Part shown: in pieces, positions 1-9,861 of the stretch
Layout of the letters: each line of letters begins with the position of its first letter
Position numbering within the stretch: position 1 is the first letter of the stretch
Source: a virus
Direction: 5' to 3' (one strand)
Virus record (IMG/VR): IMGVR_UViG_3300033149_003715
Span: 1-64,000 of that record
Length of the DNA stretch: 64,000 bases
Notes under the pieces: generated by a model
The model's database searches: none
What the model was told of the DNA's origin: nothing
Seen by the model: the letters and a program-made list of their open reading frames with translations, nothing else
Made by a program: the position numbers and the translations under genes

Positions 1-140
1 CCTGGTGAAATTGGGGGGATGAAGGGGGATCTGCGGCCCTGGTGAAATTGGGGGGATGAAGGGGGATCTGCGGCCCTGGTGAAATTGGGGGGATGAAGGG
101 GGATCTGCGGCCCTAGTAAAGTTGGGGGGATTGATATAAC
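1..140. repeat. G-rich tandem repeat, 37-bp unit CCTGGTGAAATTGGGGGGATGAAGGGGGATCTGCGGC, 3 exact copies plus 1 degenerate; may continue beyond the window edge
   Basis: Identical units at 1-37, 38-74 and 75-111, degenerate unit from 112; no spacers between units. Confidence 0.95.
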
Positions 141-295
141 CTGGTAGTATTATAATACTTATGGGGGGCACGGCACCCCCCGCTGGATGGCAGGTCTTAT
201 ATACACAACACCTCCACTTCACAAAAAATACTATAAAATATATCTAACAACAAATATATCTAATCCCACTAATCTTTTTACTTTTCTTATTTGTT

Positions 296-310
296 GGTGT
301 ATATTTTAAA
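296..310 (+). promoter_or_regulatory. Putative late promoter motif GGTGTAT
   Basis: GGTGTATATTT just before ATG 312; the same core recurs before other + strand operons. Confidence 0.45.
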
Positions 311-311
311 T

Positions 312-767
312 ATGTACAAAAAAATAATTATAAAATTATCCACAAAAGACATTTTACGTTTTCAAAAATATTTTACAAAACTTTCCCCAAACCAATGTTG
401 GTTATGGAAAGGTAAATTATGTAATGGTTATGGAAGTTTTACATATATTTACAACGGCGAAAAAAAAAGAGTAACGGCACACCGCGTAGCTTATTATTTA
501 CACCATAAATTTCTTCCCCTTGGCACACAAATTTGTCATAGTTGTGCAAACTCTCATTGCGTTAACCCACATCACTTATTCATTTCCTCTAAAAATGTTA
601 ATCTTAAAAGACGTGGAAAAAAAAGCAAATTTACCCGCAAAGAAATATCCCACATCCAACAACTCTGGCAAACGAAAACCTTAGGCGAAATTGCAAAAAA
701 ATATCATATCAGTAAGCCGCACGTTTTATATTTAGTTCACAAGAAAGTTAGAGCACAGGACGAATAA
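312..767 (+). CDS. HNH homing-type endonuclease with C-terminal HTH
   Basis: CWLWKG..GYG..AHRVAY..ICHSCANSHCVNPHHL motif; start moved to ATG 312. Confidence 0.85.
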   Translation: MYKKIIIKLSTKDILRFQKYFTKLSPNQCWLWKGKLCNGYGSFTYIYNGEKKRVTAHRVAYYLHHKFLPLGTQICHSCANSHCVNPHHLFISSKNVNLKRRGKKSKFTRKEISHIQQLWQTKTLGEIAKKYHISKPHVLYLVHKKVRAQDE

Positions 768-769
768 TT

Positions 770-785
770 GGTGTATTATAATACG
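770..785 (+). promoter_or_regulatory. Putative late promoter motif GGTGTATTATAAT
   Basis: Intergenic, upstream of the 816-3592 gene run. Confidence 0.55.
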
Positions 786-815
786 GCGGCTTTTATATAA
801 ATATGGATTTTTACT

Positions 816-1001
816 ATGACATCTAATAATCGAGCACAAGATGGTATAACTATTCTTCAACTGGTATTGGATATTTTGGGCAAAGAACCAGAACCCGATG
901 ATACCCCAGAAACCGAACGTGCTGTTGATAGACGTTATCCGGTAAGTGATTATGCAGATCAAGTTTTACGATATCGCGGCATGATGAAACGAAAACAATA
1001 A
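816..1001 (+). CDS. Hypothetical protein
   Basis: 61-aa ORF tightly packed in operon. Confidence 0.6.
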   Translation: MTSNNRAQDGITILQLVLDILGKEPEPDDTPETERAVDRRYPVSDYADQVLRYRGMMKRKQ

Positions 1002-1004
1002 TAT

Positions 1005-1370
1005 ATGTCCACGCCCCATACAATCACAATATTTCTTCCCTCTTCAAAAATTAAATATTATGCTTACGGCGAATTGGGTAATTGCCCCGGATTAAATGTG
1101 CGAGTAAATCGTTCTGTTGATACTGTTCGAGAAAATGATATAATAGATAATGAAACAGAACTTACTCCTATTGCCGGCAAAGATGAAGATGATAAAGCCC
1201 ATGTTGTAAAAACGGATTCTAATGGCAGACTTGATACTACCAGCGAAGAAGTGCGGGACATAGAGGGTTTACAACAATTAATCATACACGAGTTACAAAA
1301 AATTAATTTACATTTACAAAGTATGACAGATGAAAGAATACTTCCTAACGATGTGGGAGATAATTTATGA
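1005..1370 (+). CDS. Hypothetical protein, possibly virion-associated
   Basis: 121-aa ORF, ATGA overlap with next gene. Confidence 0.6.
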   Translation: MSTPHTITIFLPSSKIKYYAYGELGNCPGLNVRVNRSVDTVRENDIIDNETELTPIAGKDEDDKAHVVKTDSNGRLDTTSEEVRDIEGLQQLIIHELQKINLHLQSMTDERILPNDVGDNL

Positions 1371-1942
1371 GTTTTATAATATCTGATGGTAGTGGTCGTG
1401 CATATAAAGCCGCTGTTAATAGTGAAAATAAATTAATGGTAATGGGTGTTGTTTCAACAGTTGAACATTATGTTAATCACGATAAAGAAGCAGCATATCA
1501 AGTTTTATTTGAGCAAACAGTAGGAGTTGATGATGGTTGTATATTCTATATGAAAAATTCGGATACAAATAATAATTTAGTGGTCGAAGGTATAAATTTA
1601 TATGTTTCTGCCGCTTGTGAAGTTTACATTAAAATAAGTAATACCGGAACACGCAATAATGTTACATCTTTGACTCCAGCAAATCTTAATGCTGGTAGTA
1701 CAAAAGTGGCAGAAGGAACTTTTGAGAAGGGTGCTGATTTAGGTGGTGGTTCTGCATCTTTATCTGGCGGAACTGAAATCTACAGATACAAGTTTATTGC
1801 CGAAACACAAGCAACTGATTTTAATTTTAAACAAGATATTATTTTGCCAATTAATAAAACGTTAACGGTGTGGTGTGATACTGCCAACGTTAATATATTA
1901 TGTATGATTCCTTTTAATTATCATAATACAGATTTATCTTAA
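1367..1942 (+). CDS. Putative virion accessory protein (paralog of 1956-2501)
   Basis: Beta-rich G/S/T protein; shared N-terminus I.DG.G..Y...(V/I).S.N.L with the next gene. Confidence 0.6.
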   Translation: MSFIISDGSGRAYKAAVNSENKLMVMGVVSTVEHYVNHDKEAAYQVLFEQTVGVDDGCIFYMKNSDTNNNLVVEGINLYVSAACEVYIKISNTGTRNNVTSLTPANLNAGSTKVAEGTFEKGADLGGGSASLSGGTEIYRYKFIAETQATDFNFKQDIILPINKTLTVWCDTANVNILCMIPFNYHNTDLS

Positions 1943-1955
1943 CTAGGAGATAATT

Positions 1956-2501
1956 ATGGTTCTTATTGAAGACGGAACTGGCGGTGGTTATTTAAGTAAG
2001 ATAGATTCACACAATCGCTTACGTACATATAGTGTTATTGAAAATGAAGCTTCATATATTGCGGAAGAACACCAACAAGCATATAATTGGATTATTAATG
2101 TTACACCGGCGGGAGCTGGTGATGTTTTTGGGTATATGAAAAATACTTTCAAAAATGTTTTAGTGATAAGTGAAATAAAAATATATGTAGCCACAAATGA
2201 ATCTATACAAATTAAATTTGATGATGTTGGTACTCCTGTGGGGGGTTCTACGTCTACTCCAACAAATATGTATGCCAAATCAGGTAATACTGCTGATGGA
2301 ATTTTCCAAACTGGTACAAATATTACTGGTTTAAGTGGTGGTTATGTGGTGGAGCATTTATTTATAGATGGTGGTACTAATATGCAATCATATACCTGGT
2401 GTTCTGGTTTATTATTACCGAAAAATGGTATTGCAACTTTTTATGCTATTACTGGTGGTATAGCTATTAATATGTCTATTTGTTTCCATTATCATATCTG
2501 A
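1956..2501 (+). CDS. Putative virion accessory protein (paralog of 1367-1942)
   Basis: AGGAG RBS; aligns by eye along its length with the previous gene. Confidence 0.6.
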   Translation: MVLIEDGTGGGYLSKIDSHNRLRTYSVIENEASYIAEEHQQAYNWIINVTPAGAGDVFGYMKNTFKNVLVISEIKIYVATNESIQIKFDDVGTPVGGSTSTPTNMYAKSGNTADGIFQTGTNITGLSGGYVVEHLFIDGGTNMQSYTWCSGLLLPKNGIATFYAITGGIAINMSICFHYHI

Positions 2502-3592
2502 TGTTAAAAGTTAATATTGCGGATATCAACAATAAAAAAACCGCCGAAATTGATCACGAGATTGGTGAAAAACAGGCTGTGGTTGTTGCTACTCGGCCTC
2601 TAAAAACTTTCAATAATGTGATTAGATTTTTTGCAGATAGTAATGGTAATATAGACTTGAACCAGAATGTAAATTTTACCGGCACACCTGTAAATATCCA
2701 TGATGGTGAAGATAATACATATTGGACTGCAAGTGAAATATCTGGTAATTGGGATTTTTCTTCTACTGATCAGGCTCATACTGGTACACAAAGTGTTGAC
2801 GCAACTAATACTAAACATAATGATGTAGCACAATTTGCTAAAGGTAATAATCAGGATTTAACTAATTATGCAGCTTTTTCTGGTTGGGTATATATTACAG
2901 CGTGGCCTACATCTGGTACCAAACAAGTTAATTTTTTTGGGTGGGATGTTGGTGTTGGTCAAGTCGGAACAACAGTTAATTTAGGAAATTATGTCAACAC
3001 CGGACTATTGAATGTATGGCAAAAATTCGTTATTCCTTTTGTGGATATGGGTTTGATTGGACAGACTATTGATGCAATTCGTATACAAACTATAAGCTTG
3101 GGTACTGGTGGTGCTCCAAATTACTATTTAGACGATATACAAATCGAAGAGAACGGAATTCCTATTGAATATGTTGTTGAACCGGATTTTGGCACTTGGT
3201 TATATGCAGAAAATTTACAAGTAATTATGGCGGATGCTGTAACTAGCACGTTGGCAGATGCAACAATGCCTAATTTAGCATACGATAAATTATTAGGTGT
3301 TTCTGCATTAACTGTTGGAATGATCTACCGTCGTTTTCAAAATCGTGCTATAGAATTTAGTACAACTATCAAACAACTATCTGATTTTTTACAGCTTTCT
3401 GGAGCTAGTGTAGGTGGCCTTGGTAGCGATGGTACAAATACATGGCTCATCCTTAATATTCCCTTTAATCAACCCCTTATATTAAAAGCCTCGGATGAAG
3501 ATAAATTGTCAATTGTTATTAACGATGATTTATCGGAATTATTATTATTTAGAATTAGCGTTGGTGGCTATTCTGAGAATCGGTTAGAATAA
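2501..3592 (+). CDS. Putative virion protein with carbohydrate-binding-module-like domain
   Basis: STDQAHTGTQS...WQKFVIPF...YYLDDIQI pattern typical of CBM jelly-rolls; start set at the TGATG overlap. Confidence 0.55.
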   Translation: MLKVNIADINNKKTAEIDHEIGEKQAVVVATRPLKTFNNVIRFFADSNGNIDLNQNVNFTGTPVNIHDGEDNTYWTASEISGNWDFSSTDQAHTGTQSVDATNTKHNDVAQFAKGNNQDLTNYAAFSGWVYITAWPTSGTKQVNFFGWDVGVGQVGTTVNLGNYVNTGLLNVWQKFVIPFVDMGLIGQTIDAIRIQTISLGTGGAPNYYLDDIQIEENGIPIEYVVEPDFGTWLYAENLQVIMADAVTSTLADATMPNLAYDKLLGVSALTVGMIYRRFQNRAIEFSTTIKQLSDFLQLSGASVGGLGSDGTNTWLILNIPFNQPLILKASDEDKLSIVINDDLSELLLFRISVGGYSENRLE

Positions 3593-3652
3593 TTTTTAAA
3601 ATTTTGTGCCATTTTTTATAAAAAATTAGTATAATAATATGGAGTACATAAA

Positions 3653-3829
3653 ATGCAAAATCAACCCCAAAATATGACAACTGTGTTAAAAACGGTTGCT
3701 TCTAGTGGTTTACAAAATGAAATTCTTACAGATTTAGAACAAGAAGATCCTGACGATAAGCGTGCTGAAATGATATTACAAGGAAAAATGGATAATATTA
3801 ATTATGAGACAAAAAAAACAGATTCCTAA
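3653..3829 (+). CDS. Small hypothetical protein (58 aa, not in ORF track)
   Basis: TATAAT at 3630-3635, GGAG at 3641, ATG 3653, MQNQPQNMTTVLKTVASSG..., overlaps sigma-like gene. Confidence 0.5.
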   Translation: MQNQPQNMTTVLKTVASSGLQNEILTDLEQEDPDDKRAEMILQGKMDNINYETKKTDS

Positions 3830-4457
3830 AGGATTTACGGAAGACGAAATTGTTGATATTATAGATAGTGTGGTTTATAAGTTAGCTCGCATATTTAAGT
3901 TTGGTTATCACGACCTAGATGATATGTTACAACAAGGTAGATTATTTGCGTGGGAAGCGTTACCCAAATATGATGTTACAAGGGCGTGCGATGGTGAGAA
4001 TTTTTCTCTTTCAGACAAAAAACAGGCCCTAAAAAACTTTTTGTGGGTTCATGTGAGAAATCGTTTATTTAATTTTAAGCGAGATCATTGTGGAAATCCT
4101 AATCAACCATGTTTGAATTGTCCTGATGATGCATACGTGCAAGAACAATGTATTAAATATGATAATATGCAGAATTGCAAATCTTTTGCTAGATGGGCTA
4201 GAAGCATTGATTCTCGTCGTAATATCATGTATCCTATTGAATTTGACAGCGTAAATGATGAACATGAACAAAATATGAAATTATTTGATGAGCAGTCAAA
4301 AAGTTATCAAGAATTATTAGCTTTTATTGATAGAAAATTGCCAGTAATATATAGAGAAGATTATTTAAAAATTATTAATGGCATTAGTATTTATAAAAGA
4401 CGTAAGGATAAAATCAAACAAGTATTATCAAAAATTTTAGAAGAATATTATGTCTAA
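3804..4457 (+). CDS. Phage sigma-factor-like protein (candidate late sigma)
   Basis: Region-2-like DDMLQQGRLFAWEALPKYD...FLWVHVRNRLFNFKRD, with a Cys-rich insert. Confidence 0.7.
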   Translation: MRQKKQIPKGFTEDEIVDIIDSVVYKLARIFKFGYHDLDDMLQQGRLFAWEALPKYDVTRACDGENFSLSDKKQALKNFLWVHVRNRLFNFKRDHCGNPNQPCLNCPDDAYVQEQCIKYDNMQNCKSFARWARSIDSRRNIMYPIEFDSVNDEHEQNMKLFDEQSKSYQELLAFIDRKLPVIYREDYLKIINGISIYKRRKDKIKQVLSKILEEYYV

Positions 4458-5313
4458 ACGTGGTAAATTACGTAAAGAAGAAGTTGATTTCTTAATACAG
4501 GGTCTTAAGGACGGCATGTCTTTAACGGATATTGGAAAAGAATTGGGTAGAACAATTCGTGCCTTATCTAATTATTGTCGTAGACATAAAATACCACTAA
4601 CATCTGCACAACGTCCAGATGAGATTAGTTATGATGAGCATATTGCTGCTTTGCGTAATAAATCATATTGGCCATCTATAGAAAAACAATTTACACCTGA
4701 TGAAATTCGATATTTTGAGGAAACATGGGTTAATTTAATTATTAATCAATTTCAGGAAGATGTAACACCATCGGAAGAATTACAAATTAAACAAAATATT
4801 ACTTTAGAAATTTTAATGGATAGATGTTTAAAAAATAAAAAAGCTGCTATTGAGGAAGTTAACAAATTAACAAAAAAACTAGAACAAGAAAAATCGAGTG
4901 AAGTACCTGATATAGATAATGTGATATCGTTAGAAGAAAAATTAACATATGCAAAGAGTGCAATTACGGCTTATACGACAGAATATATTAAATTATTTGA
5001 TAAAAACAAGGATGTGACACATTCATTGAAAGCTACAAGAGATCAGCGTAAAAAACGTATTGAGGACTCTAAAAATAGTTGGAAGGGTTATTTGAGGGCT
5101 TTGGATGCTGAACAGTTAAGAATTAAACAAGGGCGAGATATTGAATTATTAAAATTGGCCGCCGATAAAGTCGCTAATGATTTGTCTCAAGAATATACAT
5201 ATGCGGATGGTCAAATAGATATTCCGTTATTAAATGCTGAAACCGTTGACAATGAATTGCCAGAACATGGTATTGAGCATCCGACTAAACCAGTTGGTGT
5301 TGAGAGTGAATAA
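4450..5313 (+). CDS. HTH/coiled-coil protein, candidate small terminase
   Basis: N-terminal HTH (SLTDIGKELGRT), helical body, upstream of TerL. Confidence 0.45.
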   Translation: MSKRGKLRKEEVDFLIQGLKDGMSLTDIGKELGRTIRALSNYCRRHKIPLTSAQRPDEISYDEHIAALRNKSYWPSIEKQFTPDEIRYFEETWVNLIINQFQEDVTPSEELQIKQNITLEILMDRCLKNKKAAIEEVNKLTKKLEQEKSSEVPDIDNVISLEEKLTYAKSAITAYTTEYIKLFDKNKDVTHSLKATRDQRKKRIEDSKNSWKGYLRALDAEQLRIKQGRDIELLKLAADKVANDLSQEYTYADGQIDIPLLNAETVDNELPEHGIEHPTKPVGVESE

Positions 5314-5315
5314 AT

Positions 5316-5600
5316 ATGCTGGTTAAAGGAATTGATACAATAATACCATCTCGGGAAATTTGTAAAGCGTGTTTTGAAATCGTTCGTATTGGTTTTACTG
5401 TACCAAACGACATATGGAAGATTGCGGTACCTGAGCATTTACAACATTCAGTTCTTTGTTTAAATTGTTTTACACGTTTAGCTGATGAGCATCTTTTACC
5501 TTGGGATAAATGTATTAAGTTTTGGCCAGTATCCCTCTCAAAGCACTTACGTCAAGAATTGTTTTCTATACCAGAAGTTGATAAATATATAAATACGTAA
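5316..5600 (+). CDS. Hypothetical protein with two CxxC motifs
   Basis: CKAC and CLNC motifs. Confidence 0.55.
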   Translation: MLVKGIDTIIPSREICKACFEIVRIGFTVPNDIWKIAVPEHLQHSVLCLNCFTRLADEHLLPWDKCIKFWPVSLSKHLRQELFSIPEVDKYINT

Positions 5601-5611
5601 AGGAGAAATAC

Positions 5612-5986
5612 ATGTTAACTAAAGAAGAATTCGATAAAATGACCAATGAAGATTTAATTGATTTGTTAGTTAAAGATGAACGGGCTAGATTCGATGCTGC
5701 ACAAAAACAAGTTAGAACAAATATAAAAAAACGTATTAAAACAGCTATCCAGAAAAAAATAAAAGCACACGATGTTGATGTAGATCGTTCTTTAACGGAA
5801 GTGGATTTGCAAAAAATTAATGGCAAATATACTCGTGATCATATATATAAAATAGATTCGGAAACTGTAGAAACTAAAAAAACCAATAGTGTTGTAGATA
5901 CATACAAACTTAAAGCACGTGATGGTCAAGTTAATAATGCATGTGGTGTAATTGCTTTAAATGGTTTTACAATTATAAGAAATTAA
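5612..5986 (+). CDS. Hypothetical protein
   Basis: AAGGAG RBS, 124 aa. Confidence 0.65.
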   Translation: MLTKEEFDKMTNEDLIDLLVKDERARFDAAQKQVRTNIKKRIKTAIQKKIKAHDVDVDRSLTEVDLQKINGKYTRDHIYKIDSETVETKKTNSVVDTYKLKARDGQVNNACGVIALNGFTIIRN

Positions 5987-5997
5987 GGATTTATAGA

Positions 5998-7008
5998 ATG
6001 AAAAAGTGTTTAATTACTGGCGTTACAGGACAAGTTGGTAGTTATCTTGCTGAAGAGAGTTTGCATAAAGGATATAGTGTTATAGGATTAAATCGTAGAA
6101 CTAGTTTAAATAACTGTGGGCGTATACATCATATTCTAAATGATGACAATTTTACGCTAGTTGAGGGTGATGTTATTGATATACATAGTATAAGCGGTGT
6201 AATTCAATCTTATCAACCACACTATCTTATTAACTGTGCTGCTCAATCTCATGTTCATTCTTCTTTTAAACAACCCAAATATACATTTGATGTGAATACT
6301 ATTGGGGTATTAAATATTTTAGAGAGTTTGAAAAAATACAGCCCACAAACTAAAATGGTACAATTTTCTACCAGTGAAATGTTTGGGGATCAGTATTCTA
6401 CTGATAATATAGGAAATAAGTATCAAGATGAAAATACAGTATTATCTCCGCAATCTCCGTATGCAGTGGCGAAAGTTGCGGCACACCATTTATGCAATTT
6501 ATATAGAAAAGCTTATGATGTAAAAGTGTCATGTATTATTATGTTTAATGCCGAAAGCCCACGTCGTGGGGAAAATTTTGTTACTCGTAAAATTACCAAA
6601 TATGTTGCTAAATTATGGCAGGATTTACAAAACGCGGAAGGCATTTTGGTTGAATACCCCAGATTGCAATTAGGCAATTTGGATGCTAAAAGAGACTGGG
6701 GATATGTGGTTGATTATTGTCATGCTATTTTTTGCATGTTACAAAGTGAGAAATCGGATAATTATGTAATTTGTACAGAAGAGACACATTCTATTCGTGA
6801 ATTCTTAGATTTGGCATTTCGTTATATTGGCATTAATGATTGGACACCTTATGTCGAAATTAATCCTAAATTTTATAGGCCGGCTGAAGTTGAATTTTTA
6901 AAAGGTAAATCTATGAAGGCACAACGAGAATTGAATTGGAAACCAACTATTAAGTTTCCAGAATTAGTTGAATTAATGATGCGTGCAGAAATTAATGGGA
7001 TATCGTAA
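5998..7008 (+). CDS. gmd: GDP-mannose 4,6-dehydratase
   Basis: LITGVTGQVGSYL, AAQSHV, STSEMFG, SPYAVAK, ESPRRGENFVTRKIT, LGNLDAKRDWG, RPAEV motifs; start at ATG 5998 after AAGGA. Confidence 0.95.
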   Translation: MKKCLITGVTGQVGSYLAEESLHKGYSVIGLNRRTSLNNCGRIHHILNDDNFTLVEGDVIDIHSISGVIQSYQPHYLINCAAQSHVHSSFKQPKYTFDVNTIGVLNILESLKKYSPQTKMVQFSTSEMFGDQYSTDNIGNKYQDENTVLSPQSPYAVAKVAAHHLCNLYRKAYDVKVSCIIMFNAESPRRGENFVTRKITKYVAKLWQDLQNAEGILVEYPRLQLGNLDAKRDWGYVVDYCHAIFCMLQSEKSDNYVICTEETHSIREFLDLAFRYIGINDWTPYVEINPKFYRPAEVEFLKGKSMKAQRELNWKPTIKFPELVELMMRAEINGIS

Positions 7009-7270
7009 TTATCGCAGCTTGGCGTATAAAAGATGGAGAAAGAAAGTACACAAGCGGGACAATTATCAATGTCAGTGGCCTGGATGTTCACGTAAAAAAG
7101 GGTTGAATGTTCACCACATTCTAAAATGGGCTAATTACCCATCTTTACGATTTGTGGTAAGCAATGGCATTACGTTGTGTAAAAAGCATCATAATATGAT
7201 TTACGGTCAAGAGGATAAGTTTGCTAAATTTTTACAAACCATATTGATAAATAAAGGTAAACATGTCTAA
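6995..7270 (+). CDS. HNH endonuclease (packaging-associated type)
   Basis: RDNYQCQWPGC...VHHI...NGITLCKKHH. Confidence 0.85.
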   Translation: MGYRNYRSLAYKRWRKKVHKRDNYQCQWPGCSRKKGLNVHHILKWANYPSLRFVVSNGITLCKKHHNMIYGQEDKFAKFLQTILINKGKHV

Positions 7271-7757
7271 GTTTGATATTATTATTGATACCCGCGAACA
7301 ACGCCCGTGGGATTTTTCTTCTTTTTTAGATGATGGGGTGATTAATAATATTAGATGTGAAAAACTCGATGTTGGAGACTATACTATTTCTGGCCTTGAT
7401 GAGGTGTTGTGTATAGAGAAAAAACGTTCTGTATCAGAATTAGCTAAAAATATTACAGAAAAACGCTTTGAAAGAGAGTTAGAATTGATGAGGAGTGTTA
7501 GACACTCTTTTTTGATATTAGAGTTTGATTATAGTCATATTGATGTGTACCCATATTGGCAGACAGGACACGCGGCTTATGTTCCTTCAAAGGTGCGATC
7601 TAAAATTAGAATTACACCAGCTTTTATTTATAAAAAATTGTCTTCATTTTCTGTGCAGTATAATATTCATGTTATGCCATGTACTAACAAAATATATGCT
7701 GAAAATACTGCTTATCGCATAATGCGTGAAGTTTATAATTTTTATCATCCTTCTTAA
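7263..7757 (+). CDS. ERCC4/XPF-family nuclease
   Basis: IIIDTREQ...LDVGDY...IEKK motif. Confidence 0.85.
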   Translation: MSKFDIIIDTREQRPWDFSSFLDDGVINNIRCEKLDVGDYTISGLDEVLCIEKKRSVSELAKNITEKRFERELELMRSVRHSFLILEFDYSHIDVYPYWQTGHAAYVPSKVRSKIRITPAFIYKKLSSFSVQYNIHVMPCTNKIYAENTAYRIMREVYNFYHPS

Positions 7758-7774
7758 TTAATTTTATAATAATT

Positions 7775-9859
7775 ATGGCTTTTGCTATAGATGTTAATAG
7801 CTCACAGATTTCTAAATTACGCAAAGAATATTTGTGGTTAAATGATGCGTGGTTAGGATTGGGTGATACAACACGCCTTAAAGTGCAAAATCCATTAATG
7901 GATCGTACTGATTTTGATAAGGAAAATCCTGGTTTATATGAAGTACGATTAATGAGGAATATTAATTATTTACATTATGCTGCTAAAGTGCTTTTGGGTG
8001 TTAATTTATTACCAATGCAGGTGGCAATTTTGAGAGAATTATGGGTACGACCATTTCCTATGTTAATAGCTTCACGTGGTTTTTCTAAAAGTTTTATGTT
8101 AGCTTTATATGGAATGTTGCGTGCTACTTTGCATAATGATGTAAAGATTGTTGTTGTAGGTGCTGCATTTCGGCAGTCTAAAATTATTTTTGAATATATG
8201 GAGAAAATGTGGCGTCAAGGGCATATATTACGGAGTGTTTGTGATGGCAATAGTGGTCCACGTCGAGATGTTGATAGATGTTATATGAAAATTAATAATA
8301 GTTTGATTACTGCTTTACCTTTAGGTACTGGTGAAAAAATTCGTGGTATGCGTGCTAATATTATTTTATGTGATGAATTTGGTAGTTTAGATCCAAATAT
8401 TTATGAAACGGTTGTATCTGGTTTTGCAGCAGTATCTTCTGATCCGGTATCTAATGTACAAGAAACAGCTAAATATAACATAATGAAAGCATTAGGATTG
8501 AGTAATATTGTAACTGAATTAGCACAATCTCAGATTAGTAATCAAGCTATTTTATCTGGTACGGCAGGATATGATTTTCAGCATTTTGCTAATTATTGGA
8601 AGAAATATTGTAATATCATTCGTAGTCGTGGTAATAAAGAGAAGTTGATGGATATATTGGGTGGAGAAATACCAAAGAATTTTAATTGGAAAGATTATTC
8701 TGTTATTCGTATTCCATATGAATTAGTTCCTGAAGGTTTTATGGATGATAAACATATTGCCCGAGCTAAAGCTACAGTTCATAGTGGTGTATTTTTATGC
8801 GAGTATAGTGCAGTATTTACAAAAGACAGTGAAGGATTTTTCAAAAGAAGTTTAATAGAAGGTTGTGTTGGTACTGATGCTAAACCAGTCAAATTACCGT
8901 CTGGTGAAATATGTTTTGATGCAAAATTAAAGGGTGATAAGACTAAAAAATATGTTATTGGTATAGATCCTGCGTCTGAACAAGATAATTTCTCTATTGT
9001 TATATTGGAGTTACATAGCGATCATACCAGAATTGTGTATTGTTGGACCACTAATCGTAAAGATTTTCAAAGACGAAAACGTGCTGGATTAGTAGAATCA
9101 TCTGATTTTTACGGTTTTTGTGCAAGAAAAATACGTTCATTAATGTCTGTATTTCCCACTGAAGCAATTGCTTTGGATTCTCAAGGTGGTGGTGTGTCTG
9201 TAGAAGAAGCATTACACGATCCAGATAAGATGAGAAAAGGTGAAGTACCAATCTGGCCTGTGATAGATGATAAAAAATCTCGCAATTCTGATCTGGAAGC
9301 TGGATTACATATTTTACACTTATGTAATTTTGCCAATGCTGAATGGACCGCACAAGCTAATCATGGGCTTAGGAAAGATTTTGAGGATAAGGTTTTATTG
9401 TTTCCTAGATTTGATCCCATTACTTTAGAATTATCTATACAAGATGATAGTATGCGGCAAAAAGCGTTTGAAGATAAGTATCCCGATAAAAAGTTTAATA
9501 TTTATGATACATTAGAAGATTGTATGTTGGAAATTGAAGAGCTAAAGGATGAATTATGCACAATTACATTGACCAGAACTGGTACAGGTATTAATAGTCG
9601 TGATCGTTGGGATACACCAGAAGTAAAATTACAGAGTGGGCGAAAGGGCAGATTACGAAAAGACAGATATTCTGCTTTAGTAATGGCTAATATGATAGCT
9701 CGTCAAATTCGTCGTGCTCCATTGCCTATTGAGTACAGTGTTGTTGGTGGTTTTGCTAATCAGGTCGAAAAAGGACAAAGGGGGCGAATGTATTATGGGC
9801 CAGAGTGGTTTACCAGTAAAATGACTGATAGTGTGCATTTCGGTGTTATAAGACGTTAA
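7775..9859 (+). CDS. terL: Terminase large subunit
   Basis: Walker A-like ASRGFSKS, IRGMRANIILCDEF (Walker B), nuclease IGIDPA...DNF and KDRYSAL. Confidence 0.92.
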   Translation: MAFAIDVNSSQISKLRKEYLWLNDAWLGLGDTTRLKVQNPLMDRTDFDKENPGLYEVRLMRNINYLHYAAKVLLGVNLLPMQVAILRELWVRPFPMLIASRGFSKSFMLALYGMLRATLHNDVKIVVVGAAFRQSKIIFEYMEKMWRQGHILRSVCDGNSGPRRDVDRCYMKINNSLITALPLGTGEKIRGMRANIILCDEFGSLDPNIYETVVSGFAAVSSDPVSNVQETAKYNIMKALGLSNIVTELAQSQISNQAILSGTAGYDFQHFANYWKKYCNIIRSRGNKEKLMDILGGEIPKNFNWKDYSVIRIPYELVPEGFMDDKHIARAKATVHSGVFLCEYSAVFTKDSEGFFKRSLIEGCVGTDAKPVKLPSGEICFDAKLKGDKTKKYVIGIDPASEQDNFSIVILELHSDHTRIVYCWTTNRKDFQRRKRAGLVESSDFYGFCARKIRSLMSVFPTEAIALDSQGGGVSVEEALHDPDKMRKGEVPIWPVIDDKKSRNSDLEAGLHILHLCNFANAEWTAQANHGLRKDFEDKVLLFPRFDPITLELSIQDDSMRQKAFEDKYPDKKFNIYDTLEDCMLEIEELKDELCTITLTRTGTGINSRDRWDTPEVKLQSGRKGRLRKDRYSALVMANMIARQIRRAPLPIEYSVVGGFANQVEKGQRGRMYYGPEWFTSKMTDSVHFGVIRR

Positions 9860-9861
9860 AA

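Noticed and set aside
1-140. CRISPR array
   Set aside because: The 37-bp units are head-to-tail with no unique spacers, and no cas genes are present.
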